Shown here one piece after another: positions 35,941 to 48,567 of a DNA stretch of 64,000 bases. The position numbers and the translations under genes were made by a program. Location: assembly GCA_032718475.1 (NCBI GenBank), contig JAUCBJ010000657.1, positions 1 to 64,000 on the forward strand, written 5' to 3'. The stretch's first letter is position 1; each line of letters starts with the position of its first letter. The notes under the pieces were generated by a model. That model did no database searches. It saw only the letters and a program-made list of their open reading frames with translations, and was not told where the DNA came from. The DNA comes from Nemertoderma westbladi (lineage: Eukaryota; Animalia; Xenacoelomorpha).

Positions 35941-36492
35941 TGTGACAGGATCCAGGAAGGATCCCGATTTATCCGGTTGTTTAATTCACTCGTCCCCGCC
36001 GTGCGTATGAAAGGTAAAAAGGGAATCCGTGTCGTTCGTTGTATATAATAACTGATATAGATATAGGGTATATAGATATAGGTGTACGGATAATGTTGTC
36101 GTATACAGAAGGCGGGATATGGTAATTAAAGTCCCGGTCCTTCCCTAGCTAAACTAACTAACCTAAACTAGCACCAATATTACACTGAGATAACTGAACT
36201 GATATGATTACTGCCAAGTGGTTATATTGCACGGTTGGCCTTGTTACTCTACCTAATCGATGCCCTTCCCCCCTCTGATTGGTTGATACCCTTGTTGGCG
36301 CCCTTTGGAGTGTTCCCGTTCACTCCACCTGTTCTCTCTGGGTTAGGGGTTTGGCCCCTGACCCTCATTGTGTGCTTCTCCTTCCCATTCTTATTGGGGT
36401 GGCACGAGTGATTGATTACCCAATCTCGTGGCCCCCAATATTGCTTGTCGGCTTAACTTTATGGGGTGTTAGCGGGATTGAATAAGCTAACA
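35941..36492 (-). repeat. 5' LTR of outer element
   Basis: Direct repeat of 7036-7587; TATA-like (~36226) and TCAGTT Inr-like (~36195) on the - strand. Confidence 0.97.
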
Positions 36493-37955
36493 ATTTTCAA
36501 TGGTTGTCAAGATTCCATCAACATTAAAGGTCATGAATTCGGTCTTTGTAGCATTTATATGCAATCCAACCTCCCTAGCAGCCCTCTCCACTTTATTTAG
36601 TAGAAGCTGTGCATCTGCTAGGGTATTAGAGAGCAGGGCGATGTCATCCGCAAAGTCGGTGTCTGTGACTCTTGTTGCCGGATATCTACTACTTCTGCGT
36701 TCTTGAAGTGTGAATCGCAGGTCTTCACCCTTTGTGGCCATCCTCATTGCGAAATCCAGCACAATTACAAATAGTAATGGTGCTAATGTGTCACCTTGCA
36801 GTACGCCAGCCAGGATTGAGAAAAACTCAGCTTCACCATCTGGTGAGAGTACCTGCGCTTCTGTGTCACAATATAACAATCCAATGCCAGCAACAATTAC
36901 TTCTGGTATTCCATAAACTCTTACGATTTCAAGCATTTTACCTCTATGGATGGAGTCAAATGCCTTCTTGAAGTCCACAAAAGTCATGACAGCGGGGAGA
37001 TTCTTTGACTTCATTCCTTCAATCAGTCTCCGTAGTGCAAGTATCTGAGCTATTGTTGATCTACTTGGTCGAAATCCGTTTTGGCTCTTATGCAGTAGTT
37101 TCTCTATGTAAGGCCTAATCCTATATAGAATCATTTTATTGTTTATTTTGGCAGCTACCACAAGCAGCCAGATCCCACGATAGTTTGTTGGTATGCCGAG
37201 GTTTCCTTTCTTGGGGAGAGGCTTTAGTTGACCTTTAGTCCAAATTAGTGGTGGCTTTTCCCCTTTTAACATCCGGTTGCAAACATTCAATAATGGTCTG
37301 TTTACCACTCCGGTTTTCCATACCTCCGCTGGGATTTCATCTAATCCACTCGCTTTATTATTGGACATGCTTTTAATGCTTCTTTGGAGTTCGGCAGGTG
37401 TGAAGTCCCCTGTTTCTATAGGTAGTGTCTTGTCATATATTTTCCTTGTAGGGCCGACCTCGATGTTTGGTGGCTGCCCAAGCAAGTTGCTGAAGTGATT
37501 TTTCCACTTCCCAACACGTTCTTCAGGACTATCGGCTTTGAGGTGCCCCTTTGCATAACTTTTCCGACCAGATACCTCATTTACAGTTTGCCAGGTAAGT
37601 CTTGATTGTTGCTGTATGTGAGCAGTTGTAATTGCTTCAGTTGTATCCTGTATGTACTTTTCCTGGCTGATGTTGAAGGCCAATTTAAGATCGTCCTTAG
37701 CTTTCTCAACCTTGTTAATGTTTTCGGTTGTTGGTTGTTCGGTTTTAATTTTGTAGGCTATCTTAAGATCTTCTCTCTTACAAGTAACCTCAGAGTTTTG
37801 CCATGGCACATATTGTTTTCGTTTGGGTTTCTGGGGGATATGCCTCTTAGCTGATTCCTTGTGGGCTGTTATTATATTCTGGTATATTGAATTGGTGGAT
37901 TGGTCTTCATCCATTGACTGAAGTGCTTCAAAGCGGTTTTGAACTTCTACTGTAT
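36493..37955 (-). mobile_element. 5'-truncated RTE-like LINE, reverse transcriptase region
   Basis: KASGLDEIPAE, NYRGI, QNGFR, VDFKKAFDS, GVLQGDTLAPLLF, FADD. Confidence 0.93.
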
Positions 37956-38760
37956 AAGCATATATAGATAAAAAGAGACGGTGATGTGTTTCAATCAACC
38001 ATTCCAAATATAATATGTCTTCAGAAGTGATGGTTGTCAACATGCATATTGTAACAATATTATACAACTTCAGAAAGGACAACCAATTTTCGTTTCTTTC
38101 ATCAAACAAATCACCCAAAACAATTGGTAGCATTTTCATCAATACAAGCATTTGTACAGCAGTTTGACACATTGCATACAAATCGTTCGACTGTAGTTTT
38201 TTAATTTTGTTTGGTAAATCCCGTTGCTCATTTTCTGTAAAGTTATAATCCTTGATACGTCTATTCAATTCATTAATATTTATTAATTTTTGCTCACAAA
38301 CTACATAATTAAGCAAAAGTTGAACTTCTCCACTTATAACCCCTTCCTTCTAGCATATCATGATGGAAATCGTGTACGATGCATGTTGCCAACAGAAAAA
38401 AACGGAACGTTCTGTAAGGAGCTAGGTCCATTAATACTATATATAATTGAATTTTCTTTGCGCTTGCTTATAGATAAGGTCGAATTTAAAACTAAAGAAA
38501 GATGAGTTAGATATATAGCTTCAGACTGCAGATTTAGACTAGCAACGTCACTGAAATCCGAAATTTCACTGCGCTTAATCATACAGCTTCTACAGAAGCA
38601 AGTAGCGGATGCACTCTCTTTAAATCCACCTATAAGGGCAGCAGCTGGGTTATCCGCAATCAGACACAACAATGAACCAAAATATTTGTTTCCTGAAAAT
38701 AGGTAACCCTTTGAAAGTACTTCCATGGCATTATTGAAGTTTGATAAGATAGAAGAAAGA
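37956..38760 (-). pseudogene. CACTA/EnSpm-like transposase fragment
   Basis: IADNPAAALIGGFKES..FCRSC, a HDxxEG-like region and QTAVQM..LP..GD..W..F..L..I resemble animal EnSpm-type transposases (from recall); frameshifted and cut by the LINE. Confidence 0.6.
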
Positions 38761-38775
38761 TGCAGTTGTATGTCT

Positions 38776-38958
38776 CTATAACTCGAAAACTACCCAATAT
38801 TTTTGAAAACGGTTTTCACTACTAGGAAGACAATAGATTTTTAGGAAAAGTGATAAAATTTCAGATTCCCAACTGCGTTTGTTTCAGAATTATAATAAAA
38901 AAACCACGGGGGGTCATATTGACCCCCCCCCCCCCCCCCCCCCCCGGGTTTAATAGGG
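38776..38958 (+). mobile_element. Isolated right end of the piggyBac-type MITE family
   Basis: Near-identical to 48392-48567. Confidence 0.85.
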
Positions 38959-38959
38959 T

Positions 38960-40790
38960 TGAGTTCTTCGACCAGTGGGGGTAGGCGATTTGATTCGCCT
39001 AATAGAACCAGCGCACCGTGGAGAGAAGTTTGGCGGTACTCCCATTGTTGTTATAGAAGAGGCACCGATAAAAATAAATGTATTGAATGTACCGCGGAAA
39101 TTAATAGGCATGAAGACAATAACGGATACAATGGAGCCGTTTACCATTGTAATCAATGACTTACAACTTCAAGGAGTAAGTTTACACAATTTTCTTACAC
39201 TTTAAGTCTTGCTGTATAAATTAATGATTACTAATGTATTTTTTTAGAAAATATTTATTACATACTATGCAACGGATTTAAAGCTAAAAAAAGTTTTAAT
39301 AATGATTTAGGCAATAGGTTATTGTGAAGCTCCAGATAAAATTTGGAAATTAAAAATTTGACACAAAATTAAAAATGTAATTAATAATGACATATGAAAA
39401 ATTACACCATTTTTCATTATGTTGAACTATATTATTTACAGAGCAGTCGACTGAGGTTATAAAGGATCTGAAGGAGGAAAACCAATGTAAAATAAAAAAG
39501 CTTATGGAGAACTTAATGAAAATGTTAAAGTAGCTGGGCAGAAGTTAAATTAATTTATTTTATTTATTTAGTTAATTTATTAATTAATTTATTGTTCGAC
39601 TCCACTCACAATAAAAAATAAAATCGTCTGCATATTGAAATAAATTTGTTTTTAAGTACCTTCCCTAATAATTAATTAATTTAAATTTTAGACAACAATA
39701 AAATCAACTCATCGTGGGATTGTATGCGACGGCCTCTATGGTTATTTCAACCGATGCCCATGTTTTGCATCGCAAATAACGAAGGACATTCGTTGGGTAA
39801 TTCAGAATGATGTTATTCTCGAAAATGTACCAGTGGACACAGAGGGAAACCCAATCCGACAGGGTGTTTTTCCCTCCAGTCGATTCACGTCCCTTTTCCT
39901 GGGACCGGGAGCAATGAACGTTTGTTAATTATAATATTTAATTTTATTACGTAATTTAAAACCTTAAATAAAATATGATACAATGTAATTAAACATAAAC
40001 ATAGATAATTAAAATAATTATTTATTTCGCAGGTCCAAGAAAAAAATATTTGATCGGACGCACTGTAGTTTATTTTTCTTATTATTTTAATATAAAGAGG
40101 AGAATTAAATTATTAAATATATTTCTTTCAATGAAATGCACACTGCAGAAATGTTCATGGAATAGTTTTTAGTAACCAAGGCCCTGCCAGGCCGGGACTT
40201 ACATTTCATTTTTTTTAACCTAACAGGATAAAATAAAATTTTCATAATTCTCTGTTTTTCTTTTCTTTTATATTAACTTTTCTAGAGCATGTTATAACAG
40301 GGATTAAATATAGACTGCTCCTGGGAGCAGTTAGGTGAAGATAATGTATGTAAGGGTGGAGGTCTGTTGTCCAGTGGTTTAAGTTACAATAATATAAATT
40401 CGGCATCTTGCCGCCTTCATGAGTATGGTTGTAAATTATTAAGAATTAATATTGCGGCAAACTGCCACATTTTTAAGGGTTGTTACGGAAACGGTTCATA
40501 TTATGTTTTTCCTTATGTGATGAATTAATTTTAATTCTTTTTTTTATTTAGTCCAAAACTCAGGCATTAACAAATCGCCAAGTGCGGCGACATGTCAATC
40601 AACAAATACAACAATATAATGGGCAATGGAATGTGGTTGGATGGTCCAAATCGAGCAGTTTTGGAGCGGATGAAGAAGGGGGGACAATGTTTGGCACATC
40701 AAAATTGCACATAACATCTGTTCGACCCATTCAACCGTATCAGTTTCAGCTTCTAATCCTTCTAAATCAAACTGCATGTATTTCTTACCA
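38960..40790 (+). pseudogene. Degenerate multi-exon gene of unknown identity (possibly transposon-borne)
   Basis: GC-richer blocks bounded by GT/AG-flanked AT-rich spacers (donor GTAAGT ~39176; acceptors ~39691, 40032, 40285, 40551); internal stops. Confidence 0.35.
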
Positions 40791-41029
40791 TATAAATTTG
40801 GACGTGCAGGAGATGTATTTCTTAAAGTTTGTTATGAAAATTATTAACATTTACGTAACGTTAAATAAAATGCAATTTCTAATTCGGTATTAATTGCATG
40901 GCAGGAGCACCCAGATATATTAAGACCCCATAGTAGTATAAAATATTATTATGTGGACAGTGATGAGGATCGGATTTATTATTTACTGTAGTTCGCCAGA
41001 TTATCTTCCATGACCAGGGATGATGTCGT

Positions 41030-41212
41030 TATGGAACGTGAGATGGAACGTTATGCTATTAGATACAGAACGTGACCCCGCTCCAGGGCAGTGCTATTAG
41101 ATATGGAACGTGACCCCGCGCCAGGGCAGTGCTATTAGATACAGAACGTGACCCCGCGCCCGGGTAGTGCTAATAAACATGGAACGTGGCCCGCGCCCGT
41201 GTAGTGCTATTA
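41030..41212. repeat. ~39-bp tandem repeat GAACGTGACCCCGCGCCAGGGCAGTGCTATTAGATA x4
   Basis: Directly visible. Confidence 0.85.
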
Positions 41213-41279
41213 GTTTTGAATGGATAAAAGTTACACAGAGTTAGAACAAAATTACACCTTGGATAATAAATGTGCTTTT

Positions 41280-41830
41280 AATTTATTTTGAAAAATAGGT
41301 TTGGATTTTGACTGCCGCAGACTGGTATCTATTGAGTTCCATAAAGTAGCTCCCTCATATTTTAAGCCTCTTTGTGCAACCAGTAATCGAGTTCGTGGAA
41401 CAAACAATTTATTATCTGAAGCTGATCTTGTATTGTATGAATGTACCGTATTTGTTTTTTAAAATTTAGAGTCAAGAACATATTAGTGGTCTGCATAAAG
41501 TGCGGATAAGTAATGGTTTGCTGATAAAGGTAGCTGTACCAGGTGCCAGTAGAACCCAGGAAGACTCCACCAATCTACAGAATAATCTGTGATTTGTGTG
41601 TATTGTACACTTCCCTAATATTTACGGCTGTACCACCCCTGTCCATGTTTCCATTATTGGCTGTTGGTTATAATTGGTTTGTGATATCCATCAAGGTGTA
41701 GCAGGGGATGATCCGTGTCATCCTTTAGAAATGTTTCAGTCAAGCACAGTACATCGAATTGTTTAGAAAGTACGTCTAAAGTAGTATCGCATAGGTTTTT
41801 CCATATACTTCTGCAGTTTAGATGGAATAT
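41280..41830 (-). mobile_element. CR1/L2-like LINE fragments (endonuclease and ORF2 C-terminus)
   Basis: Minus strand FDVLCLTETFL and HSYNTRSA...GATLWNS motifs. Confidence 0.65.
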
Positions 41831-42408
41831 TTTTAACGGTTCCTTAACTGTGTTTGTTTAGAAGAGAGTTGAAGGATTCATAAGTGAAATAATGTATTAA
41901 TTATTGTAGAAATGAGATAGATTTATATCAGGATCAATTGCTCAGAAGTGGCTGTTAGAAGCAGATAGATCAATAGGATCAAGAACTTCGTTACCAGTAG
42001 AAAATTATTAGAATCAGAGTTAGGAATATCATGGATAGAAAAAGCATGGTGGACAGCCCATGACTTGAAAGATTAAAGGACACTGGCCTTGAACATTCGG
42101 AAAATCTCGTGGAAGTCATTGGAGATAGGGATTTGTACTGGCAATAGTGTGTTGTTAAGACGGCAATAGCATTCTTCAACATTTGAATTATTATGTCAAA
42201 AAGTTAAATATATGATCATTATATTACATTATATTATCATTATATATGATCATGATATGATTATTTATTATGTTAAATAATTTAATTATTTCAAATATGT
42301 TTAATAAATATTAAATAAATGTTAAATATTTTAAATATGTTGTAAAATTATATTATTTTTATATATTTAAAGTTAATTTCCGAAAAGTATTATTAAAGTC
42401 AAATATTA

Positions 42409-43305
42409 TTATACATCACTTTTTCCACGGCAATGAAACACCCATTTGTTTGCTGCTTTCCTATAACTTGCAACAAATATGTACATCACGTAGAAATTTA
42501 AACTAAAAACAAAAGTAGATATATTCGAAACGTATGCAGAAATATATGCGGCGTAACGCAATGCTGTATAATTAGTAAATTCTTCTATTTCTGTGGTCAA
42601 TGGATTGATACTATTCTCAAGACCCTTCTGGTACACCCAGATGGTATGCCACACAATACTCGCTATATCTTTAACACACATTAATATTGTTGTTATTAGC
42701 ATCATCTTTACTGCTGCAACCAATTTTATGGTCGATGGTGAATTTGGCGTTAATTTAACCTGTTTCCTTAACTTATATATCATTAAGCCATTTATTAAAG
42801 AAACTAATACAACTTGTGCGATCCTACGTATAGGTTTAAAGGTATCCAGAAAAGCGAAACCCCTGTCTACATGTATATTAATAGCTCTATAGTAATCTTC
42901 TAGAGCTAAATAATTTCTAACACCATCAATATATCTTATCTCACCAACAAACAGTACTAAATATGGCCAATATAGCAGAGCTGATTTTATAATTGTAAAT
43001 AATACAATGAAATATATCATGTTCTTATTTTTAAATTTCGTATCTTTATACCAAACTGGGAAATATAGTGCAGCGATTCGTTCTGCGCCCATAACTAGTA
43101 TTAGAGTTGAATCTACCTGCTGAAACCACCAAGCAAAGATAGGCCAGGTAACTAGAAACAACCAGTAAGCGACATTAGGTCAGTACAGAGTTACAAAGTA
43201 TCTATCATTAAGATTGTGCACAGTGTAATGGGTATACCACCACCCAAAATTAATACCAAGCAAAAAAAACATACCCATTGATATTAGAATATCAAGAACA
43301 AGCAA
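42409..43305 (-). pseudogene. Class A (rhodopsin-like) GPCR, TM2-TM7, disrupted
   Basis: LLVLD (TM2), ERIAALYFP (TM3), SLNFYVMY..YRK (TM7/helix 8). In-frame TGA at ~43180; N-terminus replaced by a repeat at 43306. Confidence 0.8.
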
Positions 43306-44258
43306 CAATGCAACAACAAGCAGCCTTCACACCATTTAAGAATCTGGAGGAGATATAGGAAGTGTTTCCACTTCATATTCAGTAGCAGATAGAGCACATC
43401 GTTCAATTGTTAAATAACTAGGTAATGTATATCATGAACCATGGACACCTCCAGAACTATGCTCCCTTCAGTGGGATAGTAAGCTACTGGGGACATTATT
43501 AAATAAATACCAATCCGAAGATAGAGTAACTATGCCCATTGTTGACTCTACCAATTTGAAGTTCCTTGGGCTTGGAGTACCAAGTTACAAAACTGGTTCT
43601 GATCAGTGTTCTGGTGATATAATTGCTGGTCTGACATCTTCTTTACATCTGACATCTCCATCTTCCTTAGAAAAGGAAATCTGTTGATAACATTGTCACT
43701 ACGACATTTGATACAACAACTTTAAATACTGGTCATTTATCAGCTGCTTACATCTCTATTCAGGGAAGGATTAACTAACACCTCTTATGGTCTGGATGTT
43801 GTCACCATATAGGGGAACTTCTGATTGGACATGTATTTGAGGACCTGAAAATTGAGGCATCAAAATCTTTGATATCAAAATATCAGATTCTCTCGATTTT
43901 ATACCGTTTCTGGTGTTCACAATGCCCGGCCTCGAAAACTCATGGATACGAATTTCTTGCACCAAACATAAATCTTTAATAATAGGTATGATATACAGGA
44001 CTGACCCTATTTCCCATAACAATTATATACTACTTGATTCTACTTTAAACAAATTAACTTCTCTAAATCTCGATGCCGTTTTAACTGGTAACATAAACAT
44101 AAATTTACTTAAACCCACAAAAAATTGAGTTCACATAGAATACATAGGTAAAACATAGAATAGAAATACATAGATCTTCTAGGTTCTTATGGCTACACCC
44201 AGCTAATTAAACATCCCACTCGTATAGATGCAGTTACAAAATCTTAATCTCTTTTAGA
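43306..44258 (+). repeat. Composite dispersed repeat, copy A (includes a LINE endonuclease fragment)
   Basis: Near-identical to 58610-59442 and 63000-63705; encodes IIGMIYR..LTGNININLL. Confidence 0.9.
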
Positions 44259-45099
44259 GATTTATAACTCTATAATAATGTCACGTGCCTTAACAAATAG
44301 GGGCTTCAAGCACTCATCCACAATGGATATATTACTATATGATGTGGTTGCTAACCTCCAAGACAGTGGAGAAAAATTTGAATCATGTTGCAGCGCAATC
44401 TTTGTATCAATGGAAACCTGGTATTGATTGCAAGTAATACTTAATTTAAAACACCAACATATATGGATACAAGTGGTTTTACCAATCACCTCGGAATTAT
44501 CAAATTGTCAATATAATCGATTTCAATAACTTTTGACTTTTATTTAGCCAGTTCGTCGATTGCTTGTCTTGTTGTCTAATAGCTACCATTATTGGCAGTT
44601 CCATATGAAATAAGTCTCACATTGCCTGAACTGTTGGTGACAAAATATGAAAGAAGATATATCTTTAGTCTTTGTGATGAAGCATATTGATGAAACACTA
44701 TAAACCTATCAACTTATGGTGATACAAACATTGATAAACACAAACTTATAGATTTGAAGTCGAAGTCAATTATTAAAAAAATCCTTCGTCTACTCCTGGT
44801 ATTGATAATGAATTAAAGAAGGATCATGGGATGCATCAGATCGTAATGGAGCCAACCCACCCGTGTCACATCAAAAACAGCTACTGTTATTGATCAGGTA
44901 TTTGTTTCAGACATCAGTTAAATTTACAATCATGGCATAGGAAAAGAAAGGATCAGCGACCACTATACGGTGTTCATGACACGTAAAAGACAGAAAAGAC
45001 TACCTAGTATATCCATGAGAATGAAGTGTATTACATATAAATCATAATCAAAGGAAAACTGTCCAGCTAATCAATTTGCTTACAATCACAGACAAACGG

Positions 45100-45417
45100 G
45101 GTGGGGGGTACTTTGGCACATCCACGTTTCTTTTTTCAATCAACACTACCAGAGCTTCTCGGTTGGCCATGTTTCTTTGCAACAGAAACACTCTTATTTG
45201 ACTTACATAGTGATTCGGCTTCTTGAGACTTAAATTCCAAAAGGTCTACCTGCCTTTTCTTAGGAATTCCAGGATCGGTGCAGTTGGACCTGAATGTTAA
45301 CCATGAGTTGCATATAGCCATATCTAAGAAATGGGCAAAGAACTTGCAGTATAACTTAGTAGACATGTAGCAGTAGACATGTATGGTAATGCTGCGATTA
45401 TCATACCACTTTATCAC
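45100..45417 (-). pseudogene. piggyBac transposase C-terminal fragment
   Basis: KWYDNRSIT and FAHFLDMAICNSW..LLEFK motifs. Confidence 0.7.
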
Positions 45418-45419
45418 TA

Positions 45420-45910
45420 TCCTTAAAGAAGAGCTTCAAACCCTTAAAAAATCTCACAAGGACCTCGAACAATACACTCGACGCAATACCATACTTCTAC
45501 ACGGACTTAAAGAGGACCGACCGGTTAGCGAAACAGGTAATGACCGACAATTTGTCGAGAAGCTTTTATCGCACTCAAGGTATGGCATCACAACAGGCCA
45601 GATCGACATCGTCCACCGTGTGGGAGCTAAACGAGACAATCGCAACCGACCCAAAATTATACGATTTATCGGACACGCCCAAAGGAACCAACTGCTCTAC
45701 ATCCCCAAGAAAGACCACCCGGAACAAATGAAGGGGCTCTACTTCACAGAGAACCTGATCCCACAGTGCGCTGCCATTCTCAATAAGGCGACGGACGCCA
45801 AGAGAAAACAACTCAACTGCTCCACTCCGCATACTCCCGAAATGGAAACGTATATGTCAAATACGATAGAGAGACCCCAGCAAAGCAGATCCCAACCGTG
45901 GACGCCTTAA
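45420..45910 (+). pseudogene. LINE ORF1-like fragment
   Basis: LEQYTRRNTILLHGLKE, IDIVHRVG, RPKIIRF, LYFTENL. Confidence 0.75.
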
Positions 45911-45997
45911 ATAATCTGCTGAAGTCGACTACTATTCCAAAGTAGCTCCAGAAAGATCGAGAATCGGAATGTATCTCAACCCTTTTTCACGGCTTTC

Positions 45998-46805
45998 TGT
46001 AACTAAATGTGTCAGCACTACACTATGATTTAAATATTACTTAATAAATATAATTTAGTATATACAGATATATGAACGGTGTATATGTATATACAAATAT
46101 ATGAACGGTGTATATGGTATTTTAATATATACCTACTAAGTTTTCACTATCAAACTAAGTAACTAAATGTGTCAGCATTACACTATGATTTAAATATTAC
46201 TTAATAAATATAATTTAGTATATACAAATATATGAACGGTGTATATGGTATTTTAATATATACCTACTAAGTTTTCACTATCAAACTAAGTAACTAAATG
46301 TGTCAGTATTACACTATGATTTAAATATTACTTAATAAATATAATTTAGTATATACAGATATATGAACGGGTTATATGTATATACAAATATATGAACGGT
46401 GTATATGGTATTATAATATATACCTACTAAGTTTTCACTATCAAACTAAAATTTAGTATATACAAATATATGAACGGTGTATATGGTATTTTAATATATA
46501 CCTACTAAGTTTTCACTATCAAACTGAGTAACTAAATGTGTCAGCATTACACTATGATTTAAATATTACTTTATAAATATAATTTAGTATATACAGATAT
46601 ATGAACGGTGTTTATGGCTTTTTAGTATATACCTACTAAGTTTTCAATATCAAACTAAGTAACTAAATGTGTCGGCATTACACTATGATTAAAATAAAAA
46701 ATATACTAAATATGTATAATGTGTATATGAATGGTGTATATGGTATTCTAGTATACCTGCTAAGTTCTCACTAACAAACAGTAATTAAATGTGTTAGCAT
46801 TACTT
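45998..46805. repeat. AT-rich tandem repeat, ~130-160-bp unit, about 5-6 copies
   Basis: GTAACTAAATGTGTCAGCATTACACTATG and ATATGAACGGTGTATATGG recur. Confidence 0.9.
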
Positions 46806-47001
46806 AATATAATCCTACTATGCAAACATGCGTGATATAGGTAGCTTTGAACACTACTTTTTTATTTTGCTAGAGTAGACTATCTGTCAGTGTTATAAAT
46901 ATTTTATATTGGGTTATTGACTAATGGTAGCCGGTATTTTGTATACAATATAGCATAGAGGTATATCTGTCTATGCTACATATAATCGATTTTTAGCTTA
47001 A

Positions 47002-48567
47002 CCCTATTAGTACCGGGCGATAAAATGTTGTACAAATACCGGGGGGGGGGGGGTCATATTGACCCCCCCCCCCCCCCCCCCCCCTCTAAAATCTACAAAT
47101 ATTTACGAACACGTCTGATTTTTAATTTGTACGTAGGTATCACTTGCCTGGATCCGACAAAAAAAAAATTTCGAAAAAATGTACTGGGGTGGTTATATTG
47201 CAGCACCAAAATTACAAGTAGTGCACAATTTTCACAAAATTTGAAAGTTACATTTTCGGCTAATTATTTTTCAATACAGGTTTTCTGGGGTGCAAAATAC
47301 ATTGGAAAATATTTAAAAATGATATGATTACTATAAATGGCTGTTTAGCCCTTTCTGCGTAGGAAAAAAATGAAAAAAACAAGTAACCAGCACTTTTCAG
47401 TTAGAACACAAAATTTTTAATTCACTTATACGATGCTATAAATTCACATCTTCAGGTTTTCGAGGGCGCTGATTCTAATGGAATACATTTCTAATATGCC
47501 AGATCATTGCTACTTGTATTTTTCGGCGTAATTTGGTAAATTTTGCTGCTAGCACCAAATTTCGTACCCATCACCAAAAAGTACAAGTTTGCGATGTCCA
47601 GTGCTGTTTTTATTGATTCCATCGGATTCAGGACCCTCATAAACCCGTATAACGCAAGAAACAAGGTGATACTATCTACCGATCAATTTGCATATTTTCC
47701 AAAATTTGGTGCTGGCACAACATTTTTCACCCACCGGCGAAAAATACAAGTTTGATAACTCTTATGAAATTTTTACTGATTCCATTGAATTCAGAACCAT
47801 CACAAACCCGTATAACGCAAGAAACAAGGTGACACAATCAATTGATATATTTGATGGTTTTCAAAATTTGGTGCTAGCACCACATTTTGCACCCACATCC
47901 GAAAAATACAAGTTTGAGATGTCTAGTTCGATAATTATATTTTCCATTGAATTCAAAACAGCCATAAACCTCTAAAACTCTAATTGTCACAAACAATTTT
48001 ATCTATTGAATGGATTTTCAAAATTTCGTGCTAGCACCACAATTTACACACAGCACCGAAAAATACAAGTTTGATACGCTTGGTGCAACTCGTATATATT
48101 TCATCGAATCCAGAACCCCAAAAAACCCCAATTGCGTAAAAATCAAGTTTCAAACAATCAATTTACAAAATTGACTTATTTCAAAATTTGGTGCTGGCAC
48201 CAAAATTTGGCACCCACCGAAAAAAACAAGTTTGAAATTTCTAAATAAATTTATATGAATTCCATCCAATTTCTAACACCAAAAAACCGGTGCAAATCAA
48301 AAATAGAGATGTTACAATTCATATTTAATGAAATGTAATTTTCAAAAAACGTCTCAAAAAAAGTGCCAAAAGTAGGGTTAAAAAATGGTGCTATAACTCG
48401 AAAAGTACCCAATATTTTTGAAAACGGTTTTCACTACTAGGAAGACAATAGATTTTTAGGAAAAGTCATAATATTTCAGATTCCCAACTGCGTTTGTTTC
48501 AGAATTATAATAAAAAAACCACGGGGGGGGGGCATATTGACCCCCCCCCCCCCCGGGTTTAATAGGG
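47002..48567 (+). mobile_element. Non-autonomous piggyBac-type element (1566 bp)
   Basis: TTAA on both flanks; CCCTATTA..TAATAGGG TIRs; internal ~170-bp repeats; no ORF. Confidence 0.88.

Larger units (their letters stand above)
7036..36492 (-). mobile_element. Outer BEL/Pao LTR retrotransposon (degenerate; ~11.7 kb without the nested insert)
   Basis: 552-bp direct LTRs 7036-7587 and 35941-36492 with TG..CA ends; 5-bp TSD ATTTT (7031-7035 / 36493-36497); gag-PR-RT-RH-IN order with BEL motifs; PPT at 7588. Confidence 0.96.

Noticed and set aside
36487-38316. 609-aa transposase-RT fusion protein
   Set aside because: Chance in-frame junction of a 5'-truncated LINE with a transposase remnant; both parts are incomplete.
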